Counted from the stretch's first letter, positions 10,911-22,339 are shown. The stretch: DNA of 30,354 bases from Octopus sinensis (GCF_006345805.1 NW_021832945.1:1-30354); one strand, 5' to 3'. Notes: generated by a model from the sequence alone, not told the origin. Translations and numbers: made by a program.

Positions 10911-11201
10911 ATTAACTTTGGAGACAACAACCGTATTATATTACCAACCAACACTGTTATCGTACAAATGCCATTTTCCCAAACAACACACCAAAGTAAA
11001 TTAATTCTCTGTCAATTTCAACAATGATTATTCTAGAAGTTCGATTAATAAAATGCCTCTACATTGAATAATGTAATCAACGTGGCACCGTATGAGACAA
11101 AGATAGCTTTTTGAATTACAGTTTCAGTCTATTCGGTGGTCTTTTACTACAGTTTTTTTTTCTCTTTTTTACTAACATTTTTACTAGGTTTTCTCGAAGC
11201 T

Positions 11202-11470
11202 TTGAAACGGACAATCCGTCGGTTACGACGAAAAGGGTTAATGCGCATGTGGCTGAGCCCTCCATAAACACGTAGTTCTCAGGGAGACTAATCGTGGGAC
11301 AAGACTGGACTTTTTGAATTATAGGTACAACTCATTTTTATCATTTAAGCAGACTGGAGCAAAGTGAAATAAAGTGTCTTGCTGAAGGGCTAAACGCGCG
11401 GCCGGGAATCGAACTCACAACCTTACGATTGTAAGCCGAATGCACTACCCACTAATCCACTTGTCTTCGC
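11202..11470 (-). mobile_element. tRNA-derived SINE family C with a 12-bp target-site duplication
   Basis: The TSD tttctcgaagct occurs at 11190-11201 and 11471-11482. The minus strand has gtggattagtggg (A box), gagttcgattccc (B box) and a cttcagcaagacactt central motif. Confidence 0.88.
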
Positions 11471-12044
11471 TTTCTCGAAGCTATAATAGAAGAGACATGC
11501 CTATGTTTCCATACGCTGGGGTCCAAACTAGGACACCAGTCTTTTTAACACGTCCATGCCTACCACAGAACATTCTACCAACTTCACCCACCATTCAACA
11601 AGTACCACATGATGTTTAAGGCATCTGCACATTATAGTCTGATTACACCCACACTACTTGTCAACCACCGAATACTATTACTTTAGTTAGATTATCTAAA
11701 TCTCTGGCAACCCAAGTCTTTACAATTAATTAATGCTAAGAATCTCAGAATTTTAATTATTATAATATCCAATCCTTAATTGAAAATATATCTGTGATTT
11801 CATTCTGATATGTAAGCATATTTAATTGAAGTTGTTCATTTGAATAATTTGCTTGCTAGGACCACAATAATTTCATTTCCTGTGTATCAAATTACAAATT
11901 AGTTTATTTAATCCTTCTAAACACATCAATTCTATTTCCTGAAAATTAAAAACTAATAACGGGAGATAGAAATACAAATGCATGAAACCCTTGCTGTTCT
12001 TGTTATTTTTGTTGTTGTTTTTGATTTTTTTTCTCGTTGTTCTT

Positions 12045-12240
12045 TCTTGTTGTTGTGTAGCCCAGGACCAGTACTGCTAAAGTGTGTCCAAGCTATGATG
12101 GCCATTTTTCTATTTATGGTACAATGTACCCAGGACTAACTTTTTACGAATGCGTAGTCCTTTTTCTCTGTCATCGTTTTAGACGATATGAGATGAGTTG
12201 GAGATTTGGTTGCTATTTCTAGCACTTATAGCTACCACAT
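12045..12240 (-). mobile_element. Interspersed repeat family D (SINE-like, (AAC)n tail), degenerate
   Basis: It shares gatttggttgctatttctagca and ggacta..gtcc with the copies at 13750, 22860 and 25575, and has an adjacent (GTT)n tail. Confidence 0.65.
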
Positions 12241-12494
12241 ATTGTCTCACTATTATGAAAAGTGCCACCTTAATACTTTGTTAACAGTTGAAATTAGCGA
12301 AAAGAAACCAAATCTTGGAGTATATTACTTCTTTTCCTCATTTTGGTTTTCCTTTGTTTTTCAAGATTAAACGAGTAAATAAATGTTTCATAAGTTGCTG
12401 GATATTTTTAGGACACAACGAGAGGCTTTGAAAAGCCTCTCGTTGTTCATGAGAATACAGTGGCTTATTTCCTTCTTATATTTCTTATCTTTTA

Positions 12495-12892
12495 AACTGT
12501 TTCAGTCGTTAGACTACGGCCATGCTGGGGCACCACCTTGCATTTTTTAGTAGATGTATCAACCCCATTACTTACTCTTTTTTAAAGACTGGTACTTATT
12601 TTATTGGTCTCTTTTGCCGAACCGCTAAGTTACACGAACACAAGCACACAAACACCAATTGCCAGCAGTGGAGGATGTCACAAACATAGAAAAAAACACA
12701 CATATACATAATATATATATATATATATATATTATATATAATATATTATACGACGTGCTTCTTTCAGTTTCCAACTACCAAATCCACTCACAAGGCCTTG
12801 GATGGTTTTAGGCTATAGAAGGGCCACGCAGTGGTACTAAACCCAGAACTATGTGGTTGGGAAGCAAGCTTCTTACCACACACCCAAGCCTG
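12495..12892 (-). mobile_element. Older full-length SINE family A
   Basis: gtttcagtc..ggccatgctggggcacc..cttttgccgaaccgctaagttac..cttctttcagtttcc..ccaaatccactcacaagg..gcaagcttcttaccacac. Confidence 0.88.
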
Positions 12893-13439
12893 ATGTTTAT
12901 TTCTTCCTCGATGTTTAGAAGACAGGGCAAATCCTATGCTCTTCAGAATCACTCTGAGGCCGGTGAGATGTCGTTAGTATTCCTTTAATATTGTTACAAA
13001 TGGACGACTATTAGAATGGTTTGATCAAGAAAGGAATTCCATAGTGCCAACGTGTTACGGGAGAAAAGAATTGGTTATAGGGCGGGTATAGAGCAGAGAC
13101 AAAGGCTGGACGCAACATGGAAGCTGAAAGGAGGGAAAACGAAAGGATCGAGAATGCTGACAGAATCTTTGAAGTAACGATAGAAAACCAGAGAAAGGTT
13201 AGATCAGTCAAATGCGTGTCTGTGAGCAGTAATCACTTGATCCTCTTGTCCCTTCCTTTGGGCCTATGAAATTATTTACAACCAGAACTTTAAACAAATA
13301 AAGCTTTCGCCAATCAAAATATTGCTCCATTTGCCACTCATTCGTTAATTACAGAAAATAGCTGTGCTTATTGACCTTAACTAAGTACAACTTTGTGCAT
13401 TATATAGAGCGAGTCCTTCAGTATTTTGACTTTATGGCT

Positions 13440-13545
13440 ACAAATTCGGTTCGCAATAACTTGACATCGAGTTCAATCTCACTACGCAGTACTTAATGCA
13501 AGTATTTTCTACCAAGGCGTCAGATCTTCCCACGCTTTGTGAGGG
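13440..13545 (+). mobile_element. Highly degenerate SINE family A head fragment
   Basis: gagttcaatctcactacgcagtacttaatgcaagtattttctac..gctttgtgaggg resembles the family A head. Confidence 0.45.
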
Positions 13546-13749
13546 ATACTGCTTCAAATTTCGGTTGAGTGTGGGTGCTCAATCTTTCAATGTGTTTAAC
13601 AATATCACCTGACCTTAAGTGGTGTTGCAAGAATTCAAAACATGTTTTCTGAATAAAGATAACTGCCACCGTATGGTATAGAAAGAGTAAAGTAAAATAA
13701 ATACCAAATGAACCGGTGATTTGGTTGCTTTTTCTTGCTAAGCGTTTGA

Positions 13750-13915
13750 CTTACTAGATACAGCAACCAAATCTCTTTCAGATAATATACTCTACTATCT
13801 TAAGGACAGTAAAATCACATTAGCTAATATTGTCCTTCATAGCTCTCTTATAACTTCAAATAGGTTATAAGAATATCTCCTGAAAAAAGCATCCGATCAA
13901 AGACTATTCAGCCGT
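13750..13915 (+). mobile_element. Repeat family D, degenerate
   Basis: tagatacagcaaccaaatctctttcagataatatactctactatcttaag..gatcaaagactattcagcc. Confidence 0.5.
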
Positions 13916-14319
13916 CTTCTTGCGATCATTGGTGTCATTAAAGGGAGGCGTATGCGTTTGACAAGACATTGCTGAAGAGCTAAACTAGAATTTATTAGTG
14001 ATATATTCCAATGGAGACTTCGATATTGGTATACATGGGTTGGCATCCAAACATTCAAACGCGCTGCAGTTTCATATTGGGTAGAATGATCAAATTGGGA
14101 AATTCAGAGCACGGCTGACCATATGATTATGATTACAAAAGTAGAGAAATAACGTAATTCCAAGCAAATATTTTGAAGTATAAGCTATGTCTCTTTATGC
14201 AGCCTCTTTCAAACGTGCTGGGGTCAAATTTTTGTTACAAAATAAAAACAACCAAATTTCTCACTGAGACTAATACATATGAATATTATTTCGGATATTT
14301 ATATATATAAATATATTAA

Positions 14320-14636
14320 ATACGGACATACGTCTGTGTATGCATGTACATACATACAGATATGCAGACGTACATACAAACATTCATACATATACATACA
14401 TATATATATATGTATATATATTACACGGGAATATTAAATGGTATAGTTATTAATATATAGAGACGTAGATACATATATGCATAAATCCATACATATATAC
14501 ACACATATATATATATGTGTGTGTATGTTTGAGGTGTATTTGTGTGTGTATGCACGAACATACACACACTCGCTCACATACACACCCACAAATACACACC
14601 GACCACATTATACGCATACCACACGCATACATACAT
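14320..14636. repeat. Compound (TACA)/(TA)/(CA) simple repeat
   Basis: Visible directly. Confidence 0.85.
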
Positions 14637-15453
14637 AAATGGTATCTATTTGGTTAGGTATGAAGGCTGTATAGATGAAAGGAGCTGTAGGGTATTGATA
14701 CGTTAACAGAATTTCCCCATAGGTATTAGCAACAACCGAACTGAGCTGGTTTAAACCGGAAATTGAAACCCGTATGCAGTATTGGTTTTGCCAGATTACT
14801 TTTAGCTGTACGGCACACACCCCTGAATTATACAATATGGTGTAATGTATATATCTTCTGTCGCTTTCTTATTATTATTTTATGGTGTGGCAACACCCTT
14901 TTGTAGCTAAACATAAACCTTTATAAGGCGTTTCTATATCGAAGCGGCAGAGACAATTTGATTCCTTGGTTACGAGTAGAATTTGATAATGTTCCTACAG
15001 AAATTCGAACTCACGATCTTTTTTCTTTTTTCTTTTTTCTTTTGTTTTTGTTAAATCAAAAATACCTTTAGCAAAAATAAGGAGTTGATGATCGTGTGTA
15101 TTAGAAACGAGACAACCCTTAAAGATATTTAGCTGAAAAATAGCCCATTCTACTTAACTATAGAAGAGTGAAGTGAGCTTGCATAATTAATTTAATGAGA
15201 ATAGTAAATTTAATTATTCAAGAATATACAATATTGAGATGGAGTAAATTGTTTAACTAAAGTAAATAATGGCAAGGGAAACAATTTAAAATTTTTTTTT
15301 TTTCGTAATGGATTGACGCACCAGTTCCAGTTAATTAAAACTGGAACGTGGCAATGCGGCAAATAGAGTGACAATATGTACATGTTTCGCTCTTATTAGA
15401 TGTCCTCAGTGAAGTAAAGTCAATCATGCTTCGGTCAGGTTAATACGAGGAAA

Positions 15454-16030
15454 AGTGAAGCATAGTCATCCAAGTGTTTACCGAATCAACAGAGAACAAC
15501 GATAAACCTCTATAGTGAAGCACAGTATATCTTGTGTCTTCTGGATTAATAGAGAGAAAAGATTAAACTACGTAAGTGAAATAGTCAGTTACGTGTCTGT
15601 CAAAGAATTATAGAGAAAAAAAGACCCCTTTGGTGAACACGGTCATTTGCATGACTGTCATGTCAAGAAAGTGGTGAGACAGAGGGGAGAAAGAGGGGAG
15701 AGAGGTTATAACTATTTCATTGAAATATTCCGTTATGTGTCTGCTATTGTAATAAAGAGCATAGATAGACACACCTCGAGGAATACAGTCATCCACGTAT
15801 CTCTCAGCTCAATACAGAGAAAAGTGAGAAACCATTTTCATGTCTACCGTGTCAATAGAGAGAGAAGTTAGACAATTTCAGAGAAATATGGCCACTCAAG
15901 TATGCACAGAGAAAAGGCAGATCTCCTTAGTGGAACAGAGGCCTTTATGTAACAATGGAGGAATAACACAGAGACCTTTTCAATTAAGTATAGCCATTCG
16001 CATGTTTACAAGAGAGAGACAGACAGAGAA
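15454..16030. repeat. Degenerate tandem repeat with a period of about 60 bp
   Basis: Units start agtgaa/ggtgaa at 15454, 15514, 15575 and 15632, with related starts at 15719 and 15779. Each unit has a (t/c)agtca..gtgtct..atagagagaaaa-like body. Confidence 0.6.
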
Positions 16031-16229
16031 AACTAAACGGAAATAAATATATGCATATACATACACAGATATGACAATTAAAACAGCGTAGAGCTCAAGG
16101 TGACAAAGATTAAGAACAATTCGGCGTTCCAACCATGAACATCAAGTTGTCAGAAATGCTAAAAATATAAATATAGCTTACTTGTTTTTAATTGTGACAG
16201 TAAGGATGTCTATGTATTAATTTAAGAGA

Positions 16230-17890
16230 GCGTAAACTACTGTGGTGTAATATCTCTGATCGAATGCTATTATTCAGTCAAAGTTCGTATTTTATATTTG
16301 TCGGCATTTAATCTGTGATTTTTTCAGAACAAAAGAAAAGCATTTAATTTCTAACGAAAAGTTGGAAAATGAGATATTTTGATGATTTATTTGTTTCGCA
16401 TAATTCCAAAGTTACACTTAGTGGAATCAGTTTAATATTTGGATGGATTTTGTATTTGTTGCCTATGGATATTGAGTCTGTGTTTTAAGGTTAGTATCGT
16501 TTGTCCAATGTAATCGTCATCGCATCCATTGCATCTCATACCGTAAATTAAATGCTTTGACTAACAGCTGATATCATTTTTTTTACATTGAAAATATAGT
16601 GTGATTTAAATTTAGGTTGTTGCTTCCATGAGCTTGATAAGGTTCTGAAGCTTGGACATTTTGACTATTGGTATTGCATTTTTAATGGGCAATATGATGG
16701 TAGTAAGAACATTTTAGGGTCTGGTTGTTTATTATTATTATTTTTTGTTTTGTTTTTTTTTGTATATTTCGAGATCTTTTTCAGTCTTTGAATCTTGTTT
16801 CAATAATAGATTTTTTTAATGGATAATGTATTTTTCTGTATTTCTGGTAGTCTACTGGGCGTATTTGAATTGCCTTTTGTCCTTGTAATTCTTGAAAGCT
16901 TGTTGCTTTGGCACGATCTGTTTCGTTTTAAATTAACATTGTTGGGTATTGTCATTCAAGTAGTATTTGTTTTAAGCCTTAGAGTCTTTTATTTCATGTG
17001 TCAAAATTCGAAGAGATTGAGCATATTCTTCGTGCTAGATTAACTGTTATAATTGCTTTGGGGAGACAAGCAGTAACTAGCAAGTATAGTTTATAGTTTG
17101 TAGTGGATGTTGCTTTTAATAGAAGTGTCCTTGTTTTTGATTATTAAAATATGCAGGAAGGGTAGTTGATGGTAACTGTGCTCTATTAAGGCTGCGAGCT
17201 GGGAGAAACGTTAGCACACCGGGCGAAATGCTTAGCGGTATTTCGTCTGCCGTTACATTCTGAGTTCAAATTCCGCCGAGGACGACTTTGCCTTTCATCC
17301 TTTCGGAGTCGATAAATTAAGTACCATTTACGCACTGGGGTCGATGTAATCGACTTAATCCGTTTGTCTGTCCTTGTTTGTCCTCTCTGTGCTTAGCCCC
17401 TTGTGGGTAGTAAAGAAATAGGTAACTGTGCTCTATTGTGAGCGGTAAATTGCTGTTCGTATTATTAATACGGGTTTGAAGTCATCAAGTTAGTCAAGAT
17501 TATGGGCCCACAGAATTAGGTTATCTTCCAAATAACATTTCTAATTTCCTAACGTATGTTCATAGAAGATGATGCGATACGCTAATCTAGATTATTCATA
17601 TATTTAGACTTCCAAGTACGCCATGATTGAATTGGTGCAATTTAAGGTATCTTTCATTCCCATTACTGTCCCAGACAGTTTGTAAATGCTATTGAAGTAG
17701 AAAAAATTATTTTATCTGATAAATCTAATTCCTTCAATAAATACTTTTTTCTCTTTCTGGTCAGGGATTTCATCGTGGGATTTTTGAAGCCAAAATTCAA
17801 TCAGTTATAGTCCATAGTCATGAGGAATATTAGTAAAACCAGGAAAATTCAACTGAATGGACATTTAGACTTGTGCACGCCAAAATTCAA
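16230..17890 (-). mobile_element. Decayed Penelope-like element: RT core and thumb plus GIY-YIG endonuclease, interrupted by a SINE
   Basis: Manual minus-strand translation with many stops: FTNIPHDYGL*LIEFWLQK..FIEGIRFI..NNFFYFN..SGTVMG..MAYLE (17870-17600); QLPFLHILIIK..LARRICSISSN..KRL*GLKQILLE*QYP (17170-16930); SKHLIYGMRCNGCDDDYIGQTILTLKHRLNIHRQQI (16560-16450). Confidence 0.9.
17188..17420 (+). mobile_element. Young full-length SINE family B with a 17-bp TSD, inserted in the PLE RT gene
   Basis: The TSD ggtaactgtgctctatt occurs at 17171-17187 and 17421-17437. The head is ggctgcgagctgggagaaacgttagcac, the B-box-like motif is gagttcaaattcc and the tail is ..gtgggtagtaaagaaata. Confidence 0.95.
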
Positions 17891-18017
17891 AGACGTGAAA
17901 TAATTTGGTTAATTACAATACAGAAGAAATTGTGAATTATCTTCATTTTTTATTATTTCCCTTACTCTCGTGACTTTTATATATATGTACAAATATATAT
18001 ATGTAAAGAACAAAAAG

Positions 18018-18252
18018 TTTTGAATGGTACAACAATGCACTATAATACAGACAATGGGCTATATACCTGTTGTAATTTAGTCACCCATAGTCTGATATGA
18101 TATTTTTTAACCGATTATAGCAGCGACTCCCTCTAAGAATATCTGAAGAAGGAATATTATTCCGAAATATCATATCAGACAATGGATGACTAAATAACAA
18201 CAGGTATATAGCCCATTGTCTGTATTATAGTGCATTGTTGTAACATTCAAAA
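18018..18252 (+). mobile_element. Foldback element with about 85-bp arms and a hammerhead core in the loop
   Basis: 18018-18102 is the reverse complement of 18168-18252 with only a few mismatches. The 65-nt loop holds the CUGAAGA..GAAA core. Confidence 0.8.
18139..18175 (+). ncRNA. Minimal type I hammerhead motif, core intact, dimer-type stem III
   Basis: AUAU-CUGAAGA-A-GGAAU auu AUUCC-GAAA-UAU-C/AUAU. Stem III is reduced to the palindrome AUAU, with an AUC cleavage triplet. Confidence 0.72.
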
Positions 18253-18743
18253 TCTTTTACACAATGCTTCAAGCGAACTACAACACTCTCCTATATATAT
18301 GTACGTTTGTATGTATATATAACGATATCCCAAAATCTCTTCCTAGGTGAGAAAATGACAGTTCAAACATAGAATAAAAGACTCTCTGTCAAAACCATAA
18401 AGGCCATACATATGTCAGACAAATAGAAAACTGACACCGTGTGACGTTCCTGCTTTTGTAAAGGTCTTTGCTAGCGTAAAATGGGACATGGATGTCAAGT
18501 TGTGAAACAGAAACGCATCGAGAAATTTGGTTTTAGCCAACTGATTTTGATGGGGTTCATTATCGTTCTAGGTTCGTCATGGCTGGTCATTCCTATAATA
18601 AACATCCCGATATTTTCTCAAAGTATTGTACCTACAACTACATTATGCATTATGTATTGGAATGTGATTCAAAAAACATATTACTGTTATTTCTAATGCA
18701 CCAAGCGATGTCTATATAGCTGAGCAAGGTAGTCGAATTACTG

Positions 18744-19725
18744 GTTGGCTGGTTGATTGGTTGGTTGGTTTGTTGGTTGGTTGGTTGGTTGGTTGGTTGG
18801 TTGGTTGGTTGGCTGGTTGGATGGTTCGTTGGTTGGTTGGTTGGTTGATTGGTTGGTTGGTCTGTTGGTTGGTTAGTTGGTTGGTTGGTTGGTTGGTTGG
18901 TTGGTTGGCTAGTTGGTTGGTTGGTTGGTTGGTTGGTTTGTTGATTGATTGGTTGGTTGGTTGGCTAGTTGGTTGGTTGGTTGGTTGGTTGGTTGGCTGG
19001 TTGGTTGATTGGATGTTTGGTTGATTGGTTGGTTGGTTGGTCTGTTGGTTGGTTAGTTGGTTGGTTGGTTGGTTGGTTGGTTGGTTGGTTAGTTGGTTGG
19101 CTGGTTGGTTGGTTGGCTAGTTGGCTAGTTGGTTGGTTGGCTGGTTGGTTGATTGGTTGGTTGGTTTGTTGGTGGATGGTTGGTTGGTTGGTCTGTTGGT
19201 TGGTTAGTGGTGGTTGGTTGGTTGGTTGGTTGGCTGGTTGGTTGATTGGATTTTTGGTTGATTGGTTGGTTGTTGTCTGGTGGTTGGGTAGTTGTGGTTG
19301 GTTGGTTGGTTGGTTGGGTGGTTAGTTGGTTGGCTGGTTGGTTGGTTGGCTAGTTGGCTAGTTGGTTGTTTGCTGGTTGGTTGATTGGTTGGTTGGTTTG
19401 TTGGTGGTTGGTTGGTTGTTGGTCTGTTGGGGTTGGTTAGTTGGTTGGTGGTTGGTTGATTGGTTAGTTGGTTGGCTGGGTGGTTGGTTGATTGGTGGGG
19501 TGATTGGTCTGTTGGTTGGTGGTTGGTTGGCTGGTTGGCTGGTTGGTGTGGTTGTTGTTGGTTGGTTGGTTGGTTGGGGGTATTGGTTGGTTGTTGGGTT
19601 AGTTGGTTGGGGGTGGTTGGTTGGTTGGTTTTGGTTGGTTGGTTGGTTGGTGGTGGTTGGTTGGTTGGTTGGCTGGTTGGTTGGTTTTTGGTTAGTTGGC
19701 TTGCTTGTTGGATGGTTTTGCTGTT
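18744..19725. repeat. About 1-kb degenerate (TTGG)n tetranucleotide satellite
   Basis: Visible directly. It explains the poly-LVGW and poly-TNQP ORFs. Confidence 0.97.
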
Positions 19726-19763
19726 GGTTTGTTAGCCCGGAGGTTAACACTGCTGACAATGAA

Positions 19764-19797
<34 letters not shown>

Positions 19798-20627
19798 TAT
19801 ATTTAAAAATTCCACATAGTTTGCAAGGTGGATAGTAGTAAATCCTTAATGAAAACAAGTGGTAATGTTTATCGAGAATATGCTGATCCCAGGGGTGCTT
19901 TACGATTCATGTTAGACGCTTTGATATGGTACATTTGAGGGATACTAAAATAGGGCAGTTTAGAAGGAAATCTGACAGCTAAGAGAGAAAAAAATATGGG
20001 TGGAAGGCATATGATACCAATTTATGAAGGAAGTTATATTAAACTTTTTTCAAACGATTTACTCCTATCAAAGATTACAAATCTAAGCAATTTTTTCTTC
20101 TTTCTTTTGAGTTTCCTTATTTTTTTTTTTTTTTTGTTGTTGTTGCTTTTTGTTGTGTTGTCTTTGCTGTCATTGCTGTTACTGCTGCTTATTTTCTCGT
20201 CGTCGTCGTCGTGGTTGTTTTTGTTTGTGTGCCGCTTTTCCTGTTGATGTTTCATGAAGGCTTGATTGTTTGTGAATCTGTTTGTTTGCCAGTTTGTTTT
20301 GCTTTTTTTTTGTTTGGCTGCTTATATATATATATATATATATAGATATATATATATATATATGTATATATAATATGTTTTATTTTGTCATTTATATATC
20401 TATATTTTTATTTGCTAGACTAGCTAAAGACTTTTTCTTTAAATTTTATTTTGTAAGAAGAGATTAATCGTTAATTTAACGAAATGGAATCAAGTATGGG
20501 GGACGGTTTTGAAAAAGAAGTAACACGTGATTCTTTTTCGTTCGAAGAAAGGAACTAACTTGATTATTTTAACTGCAACTCTCTAAATAATAAAGAAATG
20601 GGGGAGAAGGTGAGAATAACCTAGAGC

Positions 20628-20628
20628 G

Positions 20629-20678
<50 letters not shown>
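20628..20678. repeat. (CA)n microsatellite
   Basis: Visible directly. Confidence 0.97.
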
Positions 20679-20680
<2 letters not shown>

Positions 20681-21194
20681 AATATATCTATGCATATATA
20701 TATATATATTTATAGTAAATCCCCAAATAGAACGAAGACCAAACACAAAAGGAAAAAACAACAACGCGAAGACGTGGTACATGCAACGTATTAGCAGAGG
20801 CTCAGGGAAGAGAAAAAAGGTACACGTTCGCCACCACAACCTCGTTCAGGCTTAGCAGCCCCTCCTGTTTGTTTTCACTGTCATGTTTGTGTTACCTATT
20901 TTGACCCGCCACAAAATCCCAAATTCAATTAAATTTGCTTTGCGGGAGCAATTGTTGTATCGAATGCGTATATTGTTGTTAAATGCTCGAAGAGAGTAGC
21001 AAAACAGTCAACAGCTGATGAAGGGTCGTTCTTTATGCTGTTTGTCTTGTTTTCCATTTGTGTCTTTCGGTGTTCGAAAGAATAGATCATGCTCCATCTA
21101 CTCGTGGTTCGTACTTTTTTGTTGTACACATTTCATGACATCCTGTACCCACATGCATATCTATCTATCTATATATATATAATATTATATTAAA

Positions 21195-22330
21195 TTAGAG
21201 ATAAAACCACTATTAGGCAAATCAAACAATGAAAAACATAAGCCAATACATAAAATTAATTCATTTATATATTTTAAATATATATCAAAAGTATTAAAAG
21301 TTTAATAAAAGATAAGAGTAAAACACTACGATCGTTTCATGGCTGTACAATTCGTAATAATTCGAGTTATGGTTACAGTCAATCTTCAGGTTATTGAATA
21401 TCTAAAATATAATCAGAAATATTTAAACAATATTTTTAAGATATAAATAATATAATAATTTAACTATATAAACTCTATTATCAAACTAGAACATAAAACT
21501 TAACAATATGATTATATCAAAATCGACTATAATGTTAAACATAATTTTAATTTATAAGGTAGGAAACCCACACAATAATCTATAATCGGTATTAGTCTAT
21601 ATCTAATTACATAAATATTTAAAAATGACTAATATATATAAATTATGATTGAAAATAATAAATGTATATAAATATTAAGATCTAAAATAATCTCTATAAA
21701 TAATATATATGCCATATAATAAAAACCTAATAAATTAAGTTTTCATATTTAAAGATGAAATAGCTAATTTCAAAATACAATAAACAACTTAAACGAACTT
21801 TCGGAAATCTTATGTAAAATACTATAGAAATAATCAATTCGTAGTAATATAGTATCGAATAAATACTATAAATACTATAAATATAATTATCAATGGGAAT
21901 AACTAGCGAATATCAATTTAAAGAAATAACTAAGTTATGCTATTAAATTAGACATGGCCTGGACAATCTTTAGTCGAAACATATCTAAGTTTATCAAAGT
22001 TTATCTAATTTAATTATAAATTTAAAACTACAATGAATACTATTAAAACATGTAATATACAAAGCCTACTTAGTAACCTCGTATGCTTGCTATCAAATAA
22101 CAATCTATCGCTAAGAAGTATCTTACGAATAAACTTAAATTTAATATCTAATAATATAGAAAAATACGATAATTAGATCATTACATAAACAACGATATTT
22201 ACATAAGGAAAATATTATTATTACAAAGGCTTATACAATATTGAAATTTACAATTTGAAGATCTTAAATATAAATAAATACTTATCTTAGCGAGGTTTAG
22301 CAATATACGTTTAGATGTAAGTATGTACAT
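21195..22330 (-). mobile_element. PLE-related non-autonomous element: very AT-rich body, hammerhead, then a tail ending agtggttttatctctaat, between (TA)n tracts
   Basis: 21195-21260 is homologous to the 5106 arm (attagagataaaaccactatt.gcaaa). The hammerhead is at 21322-21394. The roughly 900-bp body is unclassified, and its inclusion is inferred from the flanking (TA)n tracts. Confidence 0.55.
21322..21394 (-). ncRNA. Type I hammerhead motif: core intact, stem I degenerate, extended stem II
   Basis: Minus strand reads AUAAC-CUGAAGA-[ugacugua..uacagcca stem]-GAAA-C gauc G-UA/GUGUU, with the stem III palindrome CGAUCG intact. Confidence 0.62.
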
Positions 22331-22339
22331 ATAGTATGT

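Noticed and set aside
14726-14821. Alternative minus-strand frame ending ..PAQFGCC*, like a Rab prenylation tail
   Set aside because: It is only 31 codons, its composition is unlike a Rab hypervariable tail, and no upstream GTPase exons are visible.
15454-16030. CRISPR-like repeat-spacer array
   Set aside because: The units are too divergent, there is no constant repeat with unique spacers, no cas genes are present, and the context is eukaryotic.
18761-19858. Long ORFs of up to 166 aa (LVGW and TNQP repeats)
   Set aside because: They are translations of the (TTGG)n satellite.
21010-21042. aacag-CUGAUGA-agggtc..-ctgtt, a possible ninth hammerhead
   Set aside because: A stem I-like pairing is present, but there is no GAAA or stem III. 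It is at best a deleted relic and was not counted.
21400-22330. Nuclear mitochondrial insertion or AT-rich viral/bacterial fragment
   Set aside because: No recognisable mitochondrial gene, rRNA or tRNA motif, and no sustained ORF in the frames I read.
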